From contig OZ024741.1 in assembly GCA_964016885.1 (NCBI GenBank), positions 24,800,001 to 24,864,000 on the forward strand: a DNA stretch of 64,000 bases, in the 5' to 3' direction. Shown here in pieces: positions 33,701 to 48,700 of this stretch. Within the stretch, counting starts at the first letter, position 1. Every line of letters begins with the position of its first letter. The DNA comes from Eledone cirrhosa. Lineage: Eukaryota. Both the position numbers and the translations under genes were made by a program. The notes below the pieces were generated by a model, which was not told where the DNA came from, ran no database searches, and was given only the letters and a program-made list of their open reading frames with translations.

Positions 33701-36700
33701 TAGACAGTGTCTTTTATTAGAAATATGGTAATGAAAGGTTTAAACAACATAGACAGTGTCTTTTATTAAATATAGGGTAATGAAAGTGTTAAAAAACATA
33801 GACGGTGTCTTTTATTAGAAATATAATAATGAAAGGGTTAAACAACAGAAATATGGTAATGTTAGGGTTAAACAACATAGACAGTGTCTTTTATTAGAAA
33901 TATGGTAATGAAAGGGTTAAACAACATATACTGTGTCTTTTATTAGAAATATGGTACTGAAAGTGTTAAACAACATAGACAGTGTCTTTTATTAGAAATA
34001 TGGTAATGAAAGGGTTAAACAACATAGACAGTGTCTTTTATTAGAAATATGGTACTGAAAGGGTTAAACAACATAGATAGTGTCTTTTATTAGAAATATG
34101 GTAATGAAAGGGTTAAACAACATAGACAGTATCTTTTAGTAGATATAGGGTAATGAAAGTGTTAAACAACATAGACAGTGTCTTTTATTAGAAATATGGT
34201 AATGAAAGGGTTAAACAACATAGACAGTGTCTTTTATTGGAAATATGATAATGAAAGGGTTAAACAACATAGACAGTGTCTTTTATTAGAAATATGGTAA
34301 TGAAAGGGTTAAACAACATAGACAGTGTCTTTTATTAGAAATATGGTAATGAAAGGGTTAAACAACATAGACAGTGTCTTCTATTAGAAATATGATAATG
34401 AAAGGGTTAAACAACATAGACAGTGTCTTTTATTAGATATAGGGTAATGAATGTGTTAAACAACATAGACAGTGTCTTTTATTAGAAATATGGTAATGAA
34501 AGGGTTAAACAACATAGACAGTGTCTTTTATTAGAAATATGGTAATGAAAGGGTTAAACAACATAGACAGTGTCTTTTATTAGAAATATGGTAATGAAAG
34601 GGTTAAACAACATAGACAGTGTCTTTTATTAAATATAGGGTAATGAAAGTGTTAAAAAACATAGACAGTGTCTTTTATTAGAAATATAATAATGAAAGGG
34701 TTAAACAACAGAAATATGGTAATGATAGGGTTAAACAACATAGACAGTGTCTTTTATTAGAAATATGGTACTGAAAGGGTTAAACAACATAGACAGTGTC
34801 TTTTATTAGAAATATGGTAATGAAAGGGTTAAACAACATAGACAGTGTCTTTTATTAGAAATATGGTAATTAAAGGGTTAAACAACATTGACAGTGTCTT
34901 TTATTAGAAATATGGTAATGAAAGGGTTAAACAACATACACGGTGTCTTTTATTAGAAATATGGTAATGATAGGGTTAAACAACATAGAGAGTGTCTTTT
35001 ATTAGAAATATGGTAATGAAAGAGTTAAACAACATAGACGGTGTCTTTTATTAGAAATATGGTAATGAAAGAGTTAAACAACATAGACAGTGTGTTTTAT
35101 TAGAAATATGATAATGAAAGTGTTAACCAACATAGACTGTGTCTTTTATTAGAAATATGGTAATGAAAGGGTTAAACAACATAGTCAGTGTCTTTTATTA
35201 GAAATAGGGTAATGAAAGGGTTAAACAACATAGTCAGTGTCTTTTATTAGAAATAGGGTAATGAAAGGTTTAAACAACATAGACAGTGTGTTTTATTAGA
35301 AATATGGTAATGAAAGGGTTAAACAACATAGACAGTGTCTTTTATTAGAAATATGGTAATGAAAGGGTTAACCAACATAGACAGTGTCTTTTATTAGAAA
35401 TATGATAATGAAAGGGTTAAACAACATAGACAGTGTCTTTTATTAGAAATATGGTAATGAAAGGGTTAAACAACATAGACAGTGTCTTTTATTAGAAATA
35501 TGGTACTGAAAGGGTTAAACAACATAGATAGTGTCTTTTATTAGAAATATGGTAATGAAAGGGTTAAACAACATAGACAGTGTCTTTTATTAGATATAGG
35601 GTAATGAAAGTGTTAAACAACATAGACAGTGTCTTTTATTAGAAATATGGTAATGAAAGGGTTAAACAACATAGACAGTGTCTTTTATTCGAAATATGAT
35701 AATGAAAGGGTTAAACAACATAGACAGTGTCTTTTATTAGAAATATGGTAATGAAAGGGTTAAACAACATAGACAGTGTCTTTTATTAGAAATATGGTAA
35801 TGAAAGGGTTAAACAACATAGACAGTGTCTTTTATTAGAAATATGGTACTGAAAGGGTTAAACAACATAGATAGTGTCTTTTATTAGAAATATGGTAATG
35901 AAAGGGTTAAACAACATAGACAGTATCTTTTAGTAGATATAGGGTAATGAAAGTGTTAAACAACATAGACAGTGTCTTTTATTAGAAATATGGTAATGAA
36001 AGGGTTAAACAACATAGACAGTGTCTTTTATTGGAAATATGATAATGAAAGGGTTAAACAACATAGACAGTGTCTTTTATTAGAAATATGGTAATGAAAG
36101 GGTTAAACAACATAGACAGTGTCTTTTATTAGAAATATGGTAATGAAAGGGTTAAACAACATAGACAGTGTCTTCTATTAGAAATATGATAATGAAAGGG
36201 TTAAACAACATAGACAGTGTCTTTTATTAGATATAGGGTAATGAATGTGTTAAACAACATAGACAGTGTCTTTTATTAGAAATATGGTAATGAAAGGGTT
36301 AAACAACATAGACAGTGTCTTTTATTAGAAATATGGTAATGAAAGGGTTAAACAACATAGACAGTGTCTTTTATTAGAAATATGGTAATGAAAGGGTTAA
36401 ACAACATAGACAGTGTCTTTTATTAAATATAGGGTAATGAAAGTGTTAAAAAACATAGACAGTGTCTTTTATTAGAAATATAATAATGAAAGGGTTAAAC
36501 AACAGAAATATGGTAATGATAGGGTTAAACAACATAGACAGTGTCTTTTATTAGAAATATGGTACTGAAAGGGTTAAACAACATAGACAGTGTCTTTTAT
36601 TAGAAATATGGTAATGAAAGGGTTAAACAACATAGACAGTGTCTTTTATTAGAAATATGGTAATTAAAGGGTTAAACAACATTGACAGTGTCTTTTATTA

Positions 36701-39700
36701 GAAATATGGTAATGAAAGGGTTAAACAACATACACGGTGTCTTTTATTAGAAATATGGTAATGATAGGGTTAAACAACATAGAGAGTGTCTTTTATTAGA
36801 AATATGGTAATGAAAGAGTTAAACAACATAGACGGTGTCTTTTATTAGAAATATGGTAATGAAAGAGTTAAACAACATAGACAGTGTGTTTTATTAGAAA
36901 TATGATAATGAAAGTGTTAACCAACATAGACTGTGTCTTTTATTAGAAATATGGTAATGAAAGGGTTAAACAACATAGTCAGTGTCTTTTATTAGAAATA
37001 GGGTAATGAAAGGGTTAAACAACATAGTCAGTGTCTTTTATTAGAAATAGGGTAATGAAAGGTTTAAACAACATAGACAGTGTGTTTTATTAGAAATATG
37101 GTAATGAAAGGGTTAAACAACATAGACAGTGTCTTTTATTAGAAATATGGTAATGAAAGGGTTAACCAACATAGACAGTGTCTTTTATTAGAAATATGAT
37201 AATGAAAGGGTTAAACAACATAGACAGTGTCTTTTATTAGAAATATGGTAATGAAAGGGTTAAACAACATAGACAGTGTCTTTTATTAGAAATATGGTAC
37301 TGAAAGGGTTAAACAACATAGATAGTGTCTTTTATTAGAAATATGGTAATGAAAGGGTTAAACAACATAGACAGTGTCTTTTATTAGATATAGGGTAATG
37401 AAAGTGTTAAACAACATAGACAGTGTCTTTTATTAGAAATATGGTAATGAAAGGGTTAAACAACATAGACAGTGTCTTTTATTCGAAATATGATAATGAA
37501 AGGGTTAAACAACATAGACAGTGTCTTTTATTAGAAATATGGTAATGAAAGGGTTAAACAACATAGACAGTGTCTTTTATTAGAAATATGGTAATGAAAG
37601 GGTTAAACAACATAGACAGTGTCTTCTATTAGAAATATGATAATGAAAGGGTTAAACAACATAGACAGTGTCTTTTATTAGATATAGGGTAATGAATGTG
37701 TTAAACAACATAGACAGTCTCTTTTATTAGAAATATGGTAATGAAAGGATTAAACAACATAGACAGTGTCTTTTATTAAAAATATGGTAATGAAAGGGTT
37801 AAACAACATAGACAGTGTCTTTTATTAGAAATATGGTAATGAAAGGGTTAGACAACATAGACAGTGTCTTTTATTAGAAATATGGTAATGAAAGGGTTAC
37901 ACAACATAGACAGTGTCTTTTATTAGAAATATGGTAATGAAATGGTTAAACAACATAGACAGTGTCTTTTATTAGAAATATGGTAATGAAAGGGTTAAAC
38001 AACATAGACAGTGTCTTTTATTAGAGATATGGTAATGAAAGGTTTAAACAACATAGACAGTATCTTTTAGTAGATATAGGGTAATGAAAGTGTTAAACAA
38101 CATAGACAGTGTCTTTTATTAGAAATATGGTAATGAAAGGGTTAAACAACATAGACAGTGTCTTTTATTGGAAATATGATAATGAAAGGGTTAAACAACA
38201 GAAATATGGTAATGTTAGGGTTAAACAACATAGACAGTGTCTTTTATTAGAAATATGGTAATGAAAGGGTTAAACAACATATACTGTGTCTTTTATTAGA
38301 AATATGGTACTGAAAGTGTTAAACAACATAGACAGTGTCTTTTATTAGAAATATGGTAATGAAAGGGTTAAACAACATAGACAGTGTCTTTTATTAGAAA
38401 TATGGTACTGAAAGGGTTAAACAACATAGATAGTGTCTTTTATTAGAAATATGGTAATGAAAGGGTTAAACAACATAGACAGTATCTTTTAGTAGATATA
38501 GGGTAATGAAAGTGTCAAACAACATAGACAGTGTCTTTTATTAGAAATATGGTAATGAAAGGGTTAAACAACATAGACAGTGTCTTTTATTGGAAATATG
38601 ATAATGAAAGGGTTAAACAACATAGACAGTGTCTTTTATTAGAAATATGGTAATGAAAGGGTTAAACAACATAGACAGTGTCTTTTATTAGAAATATGGT
38701 AATGAAAGGGTTAAACAACATAGACAGTGTCTTCTATTAGAAATATGATAATGAAAGGGTTAAACAACATAGACAGTGTCTTTTATTAGATATAGGGTAA
38801 TGAATGTGTTAAACAACATAGACAGTGTCTTTTATTAGAAATATGGTAATGAAAGGGTTAAACAACATAGACAGTGTCTTTTATTAGAAATATGGTAATG
38901 AAAGGGTTAAACAACATAGACAGTGTCTTTTATTAGAAATATGGTAATGAAAGGGTTAAACAACATAGACAGTGTCTTTTATTAAATATAGGGTAATGAA
39001 AGTGTTAAAAAACATAGACAGTGTCTTTTATTAGAAATATAATAATGACAGGGTTAAACAACAGAAATATGGTAATGATAGGGTTAAACAACATAGACAG
39101 TGTCTTTTATTAGAAATATGGTACTGAAAGGGTTAAACAACATAGACAGTGTCTTTTATTAGAAATATGGTAATGAAAGGGTTAAACAACATAGACAGTG
39201 TCTTTTATTAGAAATATGGTAATTAAAGGGTTAAACAACATTGACAGTGTCTTTTATTAGAAATATGGTAATGAAAGGGTTAAACAACATACACGGTGTC
39301 TTTTATTAGAAATATGGTAATGATAGGGTTAAACAACATAGAGAGTGTCTTTTATTAGAAATATGGTAATGAAAGAGTTAAACAACATAGACGGTGTCTT
39401 TTATTAGAAATATGGTAATGCAAGGGTTAAACAACATAGACAGTGTGTTTTATTAGAAATATGGTAATGAAAGGGTTAAACAACATAGACAGTGTCTTTT
39501 ATTAGAAATATGGTAATGAAAGGGTTAAACAACATAGACAGTGTCTTTTATTGGAAATATGATAATGAAAGGGTTAAACTTCATAGACAGTGTCTTTTAT
39601 TAGAAATATGGTAATGAAAGGGTTAAACAACATGGACAGTGTCTTTTATTAGAAATATGGTAATGAAAGAGTTAAACAACATAGACAGTGTGTTTTATTA

Positions 39701-42700
39701 GAAATATGATAATGAAAGTGTTAACCAACATAGACAGTGTATTTTATTAGAAATATGGTAATGAAAGGGTTAAACAACATAGTCAGTGTCTTTTATTAGA
39801 AATAGGGTAATGAAAGGGTTAAACAACATAGTCAGTGTCTTTTATTAGAAATAGGGTAATGAAAGGGTTAAACAACATAGACAGTGTGTTTTATTAGAAA
39901 TATGGTAATGAAAGGGTTAAACAACATAGACAGTGTCTTTTATTAGAAATATGGTAATGAAAGGGTTAACCAACATAGACAGTGTCTTTTATTAGAAATA
40001 TGGTAATGAAAGGGTTAAACAACATAGACAGTGTCTTTTATTAGAAATATGGTAATGAAAGGGTTAAACAACATAGACAGTGTCTTTTATTAGAAATATG
40101 GTAATGAAAGGGTTAACCAACATAGACAGTGTCTTTCATTAGAAATATGATAATGAAAGGGTTAAACAACATAGACAGTGTCTTTTATTAGAAATATGGT
40201 AATGAAAGGGTTAAACAACATAGACAGTGTCTTTTATTAGATATAGGGTAATTAAAGTGTTAAACAACATAGACAGTGTCTTTTATTAGAAATATGGTAA
40301 TGAAAGGGTTAAACAACATAGGCAGTGTCTTTTATTGGAAACATGATAATGAAAGGGTTAAACAACATAGACAGTGTCTTTTATTAGAAATATGGTAATG
40401 AAAGGGTTAAACAACATAGACAGTGTCTTTTATTAGAAATATGGTAATGAAAGGGTTAAACAACATAGACAGTGTCTTCTATTAGAAATATGATAATGAA
40501 AGGGTTAAACAACATAGACAGTGTCTTTTATTAGATATAGGGTAATGAATGTGTTAAACAACATAGACAGTCTCTTTTATTAGAAATATGGTAATGAAAG
40601 GGTTAAACAACATAGACAGTGTCTTTTATTAGAAATATGGTAATGAAAGGGTTAAACAACATAGACAGTGTCTTTTATTAGAAATATGGTAATGAAAGGG
40701 TTAGACAACATAGACAGTGTCTTTTATTAGAAATATGGTAATGAAAGGGTTACACAACATAGTGTCTTTTATTAGAAATATGGTAATGAAAGGGTTAAAC
40801 AACATAGACAGTGTCTTTTATTAGAAATATGGTAATGAAAGGGTTAAACAACATAGACAGTGTCTTTTATTAGAAATATGGTAATGAAAGGGTTAAACAA
40901 CATACACAGTGTCTTTTATTAGATATAGGGTAATGAAAGTGTTAAACAACATAGACAGTGTCTTTTATTAGAAATATGATAATGAAAGGGTTAAACAACA
41001 TAGACAGTGTCTTTTATTAGATATATGGTAATGAAAGGGTTAAACAACATAGACAGTGTCTTTTATTAGAAATATGGTAATGAAAGGTTTAAACAACATA
41101 GACAGTGTCTTTTATTAGAAATATGGTAATGAAAGGGTTAAACAACATAGACAGTGTCTTTTATTAGAAATATGGTAATGAAAGGGTTAAACAACATAGA
41201 CAGTGTCTTTTATTAGAAATATGGTAATGAAAGGGTTAAACAACATAGACAGTGTCTTTTATTAGAAATATGGTAATGAAAGTGTTAAAAAACATAGACG
41301 GTGTCTTTTATTAGAAATATAATAATGAAAGGGTTAAACAACAGAAATATGGTAATGTTAGGGTTAAACAACATAGACAGTGTCTTTTATTAGAAATATG
41401 GTAATGAAGGGGTTAAATAACATAGAGAATGTCTATTATTAGATATAGGGTAATGAAAGGGTTAAACAACATAGACAGTGTCTTTTATTAGAAATATGGT
41501 AATGAAAGGGTTAAACAACATAGACAGTGTCTTTTATTAAATATAGGGTAATGAAAGTGTTAAAAAACATAGACGGTGTCTTTTATTAGAAATATAATAA
41601 TGAAAGGGTTAAACAACAGAAATATGGTAATGTTAGGGTTAAACAACATAGACAGTGTCTTTTATTAGAAATATGGTAATGAAGGGGTTAAATAACATAG
41701 AGAATGTCTATTATTAGATATAGGGTAATGAAAGGGTTAAACAACATAGACAGTGTCTTTTATTAGAAATATGGTAATGAAAGGGTTAAACAACATAGAC
41801 AGTGTCTTTTATTAGAAATATGGTAATGAAAGGTTTAAACAACATAGACAGTGTCTTTTATTAAATATAGGGTAATGAAAGTGTTAAAAAACATAGACGG
41901 TGTCTTTTATTAGAAATATAATAATGAAAGGGTTAAACAACAGAAATATGGTAATGTTAGGGTTAAACAACATAGACAGTGTCTTTTATTAGAAATATGG
42001 TAATGAAAGGGTTAAACAACATATACTGTGTCTTTTATTAGAAATATGGTACTGAAAGTGTTAAACAACATAGACAGTGTCTTTTATTAGAAATATGGTA
42101 ATGAAAGGGTTAAACAACATAGACAGTGTCTTTTATTAGAAATATGGTACTGAAAGGGTTAAACAACATAGATAGTGTCTTTTATTAGAAATATGGTAAT
42201 GAAAGGGTTAAACAACATAGACAGTATCTTTTAGTAGATATAGGGTAATGAAAGTGTTAAACAACATAGACAGTGTCTTTTATTAGAAATATGGTAATGA
42301 AAGGGTTAAACAACATAGACAGTGTCTTTTATTGGAAATATGATAATGAAAGGGTTAAACAACATAGACAGAGTCTTTTATTAGAAATATGGTAATGAAA
42401 GGGTTAAACAACATAGACAGTGTCTTTTATTAGAAATATGGTAATGAAAGGGTTAAACAACATAGACAGTGTCTTCTATTAGAAATATGATAATGAAAGG
42501 GTTAAACAACATAGACAGTGTCTTTTATTAGATATAGGGTAATGAATGTGTTAAACAACATAGACAGTGTCTTTTATTAGAAATATGGTAATGAAAGGGT
42601 TAAACAACATAGACAGTGTCTTTTATTAGAAATATGGTAATGAAAGGGTTAAACAACATAGACAGTGTCTTTTATTAGAAATATGGTAATGAAAGGGTTA

Positions 42701-45700
42701 AACAACATAGACAGTGTCTTTTATTAAATATAGGGTAATGAAAGTGTTAAAAAACATAGACAGTGTCTTTTATTAGAAATATAATAATGAAAGGGTTAAA
42801 CAACAGAAATATGGTAATGATAGGGTTAAACAACATAGACAGTGTCTTTTATTAGAAATATGGTACTGAAAGGGTTAAACAACATAGACAGTGTCTTTTA
42901 TTAGAAATATGGTAATGAAAGGGTTAAACAACATAGACAGTGTCTTTTATTAGAAATATGGTAATTAAAGGGTTAAACAACATTGACAGTGTCTTTTATT
43001 AGAAATATGGTAATGAAAGGGTTAAACAACATACACGGTGTCTTTTATTAGAAATATGGTAATGATAGGGTTAAACAACATAGAGAGTGTCTTTTATTAG
43101 AAATATGGTAATGAAAGAGTTAAACAACATAGACGGTGTCTTTTATTAGAAATATGGTAATGAAAGAGTTAAACAACATAGACAGTGTGTTTTATTAGAA
43201 ATATGATAATGAAAGTGTTAACCAACATAGACTGTGTCTTTTATTAGAAATATGGTAATGAAAGGGTTAAACAACATAGTCAGTGTCTTTTATTAGAAAT
43301 AGGGTAATAAAAGGGTTAAACAACATAGTCAGTGTCTTTTATTAGAAATAGGGTAATGAAAGGTTTAAACAACATAGACAGTGTGTTTTATTAGAAATAT
43401 GGAAATGAAAGGGTTAAACAACATAGACAGTGTCTTTTATTAGAAATATGGTAATGAAAGGGTTAACCAACATAGACAGTGTCTTTTATTAGAAATATGA
43501 TAATGAAAGGGTTAAACAACATAGACAGTGTCTTTTATTAGAAATATGGTAATGAAAGGGTTAAACAACATAGACAGTGTCTTTTATTAGAAATATGGTA
43601 CTGAAAGGGTTAAACAACATAGATAGTGTCTTTTATTAGAAATATGGTAATGAAAGGGTTAAACAACATAGACAGTGTCTTTTATTAGATATAGGGTAAT
43701 GAAAGTGTTAAACAACATAGACAGTGTCTTTTATTAGAAATATGGTAATGAAAGGGTTAAACAACATAGACAGTGTCTTTTATTCGAAATATGATAATGA
43801 AAGGGTTAAACAACATAGACAGTGTCTTTTATTAGAAATATGGTAATGAAAGGGTTAAACAACATAGACAGTGTCTTTTATTAGAAATATGGTAATGAAA
43901 GGGTTAAACAACATAGACAGTGTCTTTTATTAGAAATATGGTACTGAAAGGGTTAAACAACATAGATAGTGTCTTTTATTAGAAATATGGTAATGAAAGG
44001 GTTAAACAACATAGACAGTATCTTTTAGTAGATATAGGGTAATGAAAGTGTTAAACAACATAGACAGTGTCTTTTATTAGAAATATGGTAATGAAAGGGT
44101 TAAACAACATAGACAGTGTCTTTTATTGGAAATATGATAATGAAAGGGTTAAACAACATAGACAGTGTCTTTTATTAGAAATATGGTAATGAAAGGGTTA
44201 AACAACATAGACAGTGTCTTTTATTAGAAATATGGTAATGAAAGGGTTAAACAACATAGACAGTGTCTTCTATTAGAAATATGATAATGAAAGGGTTAAA
44301 CAACATAGACAGTGTCTTTTATTAGATATAGGGTAATGAATGTGTTAAACAACATAGACAGTGTCTTTTATTAGAAATATGGTAATGAAAGGGTTAAACA
44401 ACATAGACAGTGTCTTTTATTAGAAATATGGTAATGAAAGGGTTAAACAACATAGACAGTGTCTTTTATTAGAAATATGGTAATGAAAGGGTTAAACAAC
44501 ATAGACAGTGTCTTTTATTAAATATAGGGTAATGAAAGTGTTAAAAAACATAGACAGTGTCTTTTATTAGAAATATAATAATGAAAGGGTTAAACAACAG
44601 AAATATGGTAATGATAGGGTTAAACAACATAGACAGTGTCTTTTATTAGAAATATGGTACTGAAAGGGTTAAACAACATAGACAGTGTCTTTTATTAGAA
44701 ATATGGTAATGAAAGGGTTAAACAACATAGACAGTGTCTTTTATTAGAAATATGGTAATTAAAGGGTTAAACAACATTGACAGTGTCTTTTATTAGAAAT
44801 ATGGTAATGAAAGGGTTAAACAACATACACGGTGTCTTTTATTAGAAATATGGTAATGATAGGGTTAAACAACATAGAGAGTGTCTTTTATTAGAAATAT
44901 GGTAATGAAAGAGTTAAACAACATAGACGGTGTCTTTTATTAGAAATATGGTAATGAAAGAGTTAAACAACATAGACAGTGTGTTTTATTAGAAATATGA
45001 TAATGAAAGTGTTAACCAACATAGACTGTGTCTTTTATTAGAAATATGGTAATGAAAGGGTTAAACAACATAGTCAGTGTCTTTTATTAGAAATAGGGTA
45101 ATGAAAGGGTTAAACAACATAGTCAGTGTCTTTTATTAGAAATAGGGTAATGAAAGGTTTAAACAACATAGACAGTGTGTTTTATTAGAAATATGGTAAT
45201 GAAAGGGTTAAACAACATAGACAGTGTCTTTTATTAGAAATATGGTAATGAAAGGGTTAACCAACATAGACAGTGTCTTTTATTAGAAATATGATAATGA
45301 AAGGGTTAAACAACATAGACAGTGTCTTTTATTAGAAATATGGTAATGAAAGGGTTAAACAACATAGACAGTGTCTTTTATTAGAAATATGGTACTGAAA
45401 GGGTTAAACAACATAGATAGTGTCTTTTATTAGAAATATGGTAATGAAAGGGTTAAACAACATAGACAGTGTCTTTTATTAGATATAGGGTAATGAAAGT
45501 GTTAAACAACATAGACAGTGTCTTTTATTAGAAATATGGTAATGAAAGGGTTAAACAACATAGACAGTGTCTTTTATTCGAAATATGATAATGAAAGGGT
45601 TAAACAACATAGACAGTGTCTTTTATTAGAAATATGGTAATGAAAGGGTTAAACAACATAGACAGTGTCTTTTATTAGAAATATGGTAATGAAAGGGTTA

Positions 45701-48700
45701 AACAACATAGACAGTGTCTTCTATTAGAAATATGATAATGAAAGGGTTAAACAACATAGACAGTGTCTTTTATTAGATATAGGGTAATGAATGTGTTAAA
45801 CAACATAGACAGTCTCTTTTATTAGAAATATGGTAATGAAAGGATTAAACAACATAGACAGTGTCTTTTATTAAAAATATGGTAATGAAAGGGTTAAACA
45901 ACATAGACAGTGTCTTTTATTAGAAATATGGTAATGAAAGGGTTAGACAACATAGACAGTGTCTTTTATTAGAAATATGGTAATGAAAGGGTTACACAAC
46001 ATAGACAGTGTCTTTTATTAGAAATATGGTAATGAAATGGTTAAACAACATAGACAGTGTCTTTTATTAGAAATATGGTAATGAAAGGGTTAAACAACAT
46101 AGACAGTGTCTTTTATTAGAGATATGGTAATGAAAGGTTTAAACAACATAGACAGTATCTTTTAGTAGATATAGGGTAATGAAAGTGTTAAACAACATAG
46201 ACAGTGTCTTTTATTAGAAATATGGTAATGAAAGGGTTAAACAACATAGACAGTGTCTTTTATTGGAAATATGATAATGAAAGGGTTAAACAACAGAAAT
46301 ATGGTAATGTTAGGGTTAAACAACATAGACAGTGTCTTTTATTAGAAATATGGTAATGAAAGGGTTAAACAACATATACTGTGTCTTTTATTAGAAATAT
46401 GGTACTGAAAGTGTTAAACAACATAGACAGTGTCTTTTATTAGAAATATGGTAATGAAAGGGTTAAACAACATAGACAGTGTCTTTTATTAGAAATATGG
46501 TACTGAAAGGGTTAAACAACATAGATAGTGTCTTTTATTAGAAATATGGTAATGAAAGGGTTAAACAACATAGACAGTATCTTTTAGTAGATATAGGGTA
46601 ATGAAAGTGTTAAACAACATAGACAGTGTCTTTTATTAGAAATATGGTAATGAAAGGGTTAAACAACATAGACAGTGTCTTTTATTGGAAATATGATAAT
46701 GAAAGGGTTAAACAACATAGACAGTGTCTTTTATTAGAAATATGGTAATGAAAGGGTTAAACAACATAGACAGTGTCTTTTATTAGAAATATGGTAATGA
46801 AAGGGTTAAACAACATAGACAGTGTCTTCTATTAGAAATATGATAATGAAAGGGTTAAACAACATAGACAGTGTCTTTTATTAGATATAGGGTAATGAAT
46901 GTGTTAAACAACATAGACAGTGTCTTTTATTAGAAATATGGTAATGAAAGGGTTAAACAACATAGACAGTGTCTTTTATTAGAAATATGGTAATGAAAGG
47001 GTTAAACAACATAGACAGTGTCTTTTATTAGAAATATGGTAATGAAAGGGTTAAACAACATAGACAGTGTCTTTTATTAAATATAGGGTAATGAAAGTGT
47101 TAAAAAACATAGACAGTGTCTTTTATTAGAAATATAATAATGACAGGGTTAAACAACAGAAATATGGTAATGATAGGGTTAAACAACATAGACAGTGTCT
47201 TTTATTAGAAATATGGTACTGAAAGGGTTAAACAACATAGACAGTGTCTTTTATTAGAAATATGGTAATGAAAGGGTTAAACAACATAGACAGTGTCTTT
47301 TATTAGAAATATGGTAATTAAAGGGTTAAACAACATTGACAGTGTCTTTTATTAGAAATATGGTAATGAAAGGGTTAAACAACATACACGGTGTCTTTTA
47401 TTAGAAATATGGTAATGATAGGGTTAAACAACATAGAGAGTGTCTTTTATTAGAAATATGGTAATGAAAGAGTTAAACAACATAGACGGTGTCTTTTATT
47501 AGAAATATGGTAATGCAAGGGTTAAACAACATAGACAGTGTGTTTTATTAGAAATATGGTAATGAAAGGGTTAAACAACATAGACAGTGTCTTTTATTAG
47601 AAATATGGTAATGAAAGGGTTAAACAACATAGACAGTGTCTTTTATTGGAAATATGATAATGAAAGGGTTAAACTTCATAGACAGTGTCTTTTATTAGAA
47701 ATATGGTAATGAAAGGGTTAAACAACATGGACAGTGTCTTTTATTAGAAATATGGTAATGAAAGAGTTAAACAACATAGACAGTGTGTTTTATTAGAAAT
47801 ATGATAATGAAAGTGTTAACCAACATAGACAGTGTATTTTATTAGAAATATGGTAATGAAAGGGTTAAACAACATAGTCAGTGTCTTTTATTAGAAATAG
47901 GGTAATGAAAGGGTTAAACAACATAGTCAGTGTCTTTTATTAGAAATAGGGTAATGAAAGGGTTAAACAACATAGACAGTGTGTTTTATTAGAAATATGG
48001 TAATGAAAGGGTTAAACAACATAGACAGTGTCTTTTATTAGAAATATGGTAATGAAAGGGTTAACCAACATAGACAGTGTCTTTTATTAGAAATATGGTA
48101 ATGAAAGGGTTAAACAACATAGACAGTGTCTTTTATTAGAAATATGGTAATGAAAGGGTTAAACAACATAGACAGTGTCTTTTATTAGAAATATGGTAAT
48201 GAAAGGGTTAACCAACATAGACAGTGTCTTTCATTAGAAATATGATAATGAAAGGGTTAAACAACATAGACAGTGTCTTTTATTAGAAATATGGTAATGA
48301 AAGGGTTAAACAACATAGACAGTGTCTTTTATTAGATATAGGGTAATTAAAGTGTTAAACAACATAGACAGTGTCTTTTATTAGAAATATGGTAATGAAA
48401 GGGTTAAACAACATAGACAGTGTCTTTTATTGGAAACATGATAATGAAAGGGTTAAACAACATAGACAGTGTCTTTTATTAGAAATATGGTAATGAAAGG
48501 GTTAAACAACATAGACAGTGTCTTTTATTAGAAATATGGTAATGAAAGGGTTAAACAACATAGACAGTGTCTTCTATTAGAAATATGATAATGAAAGGGT
48601 TAAACAACATAGACAGTGTCTTTTATTAGATATAGGGTAATGAATGTGTTAAACAACATAGACAGTCTCTTTTATTAGAAATATGGTAATGAAAGGGTTA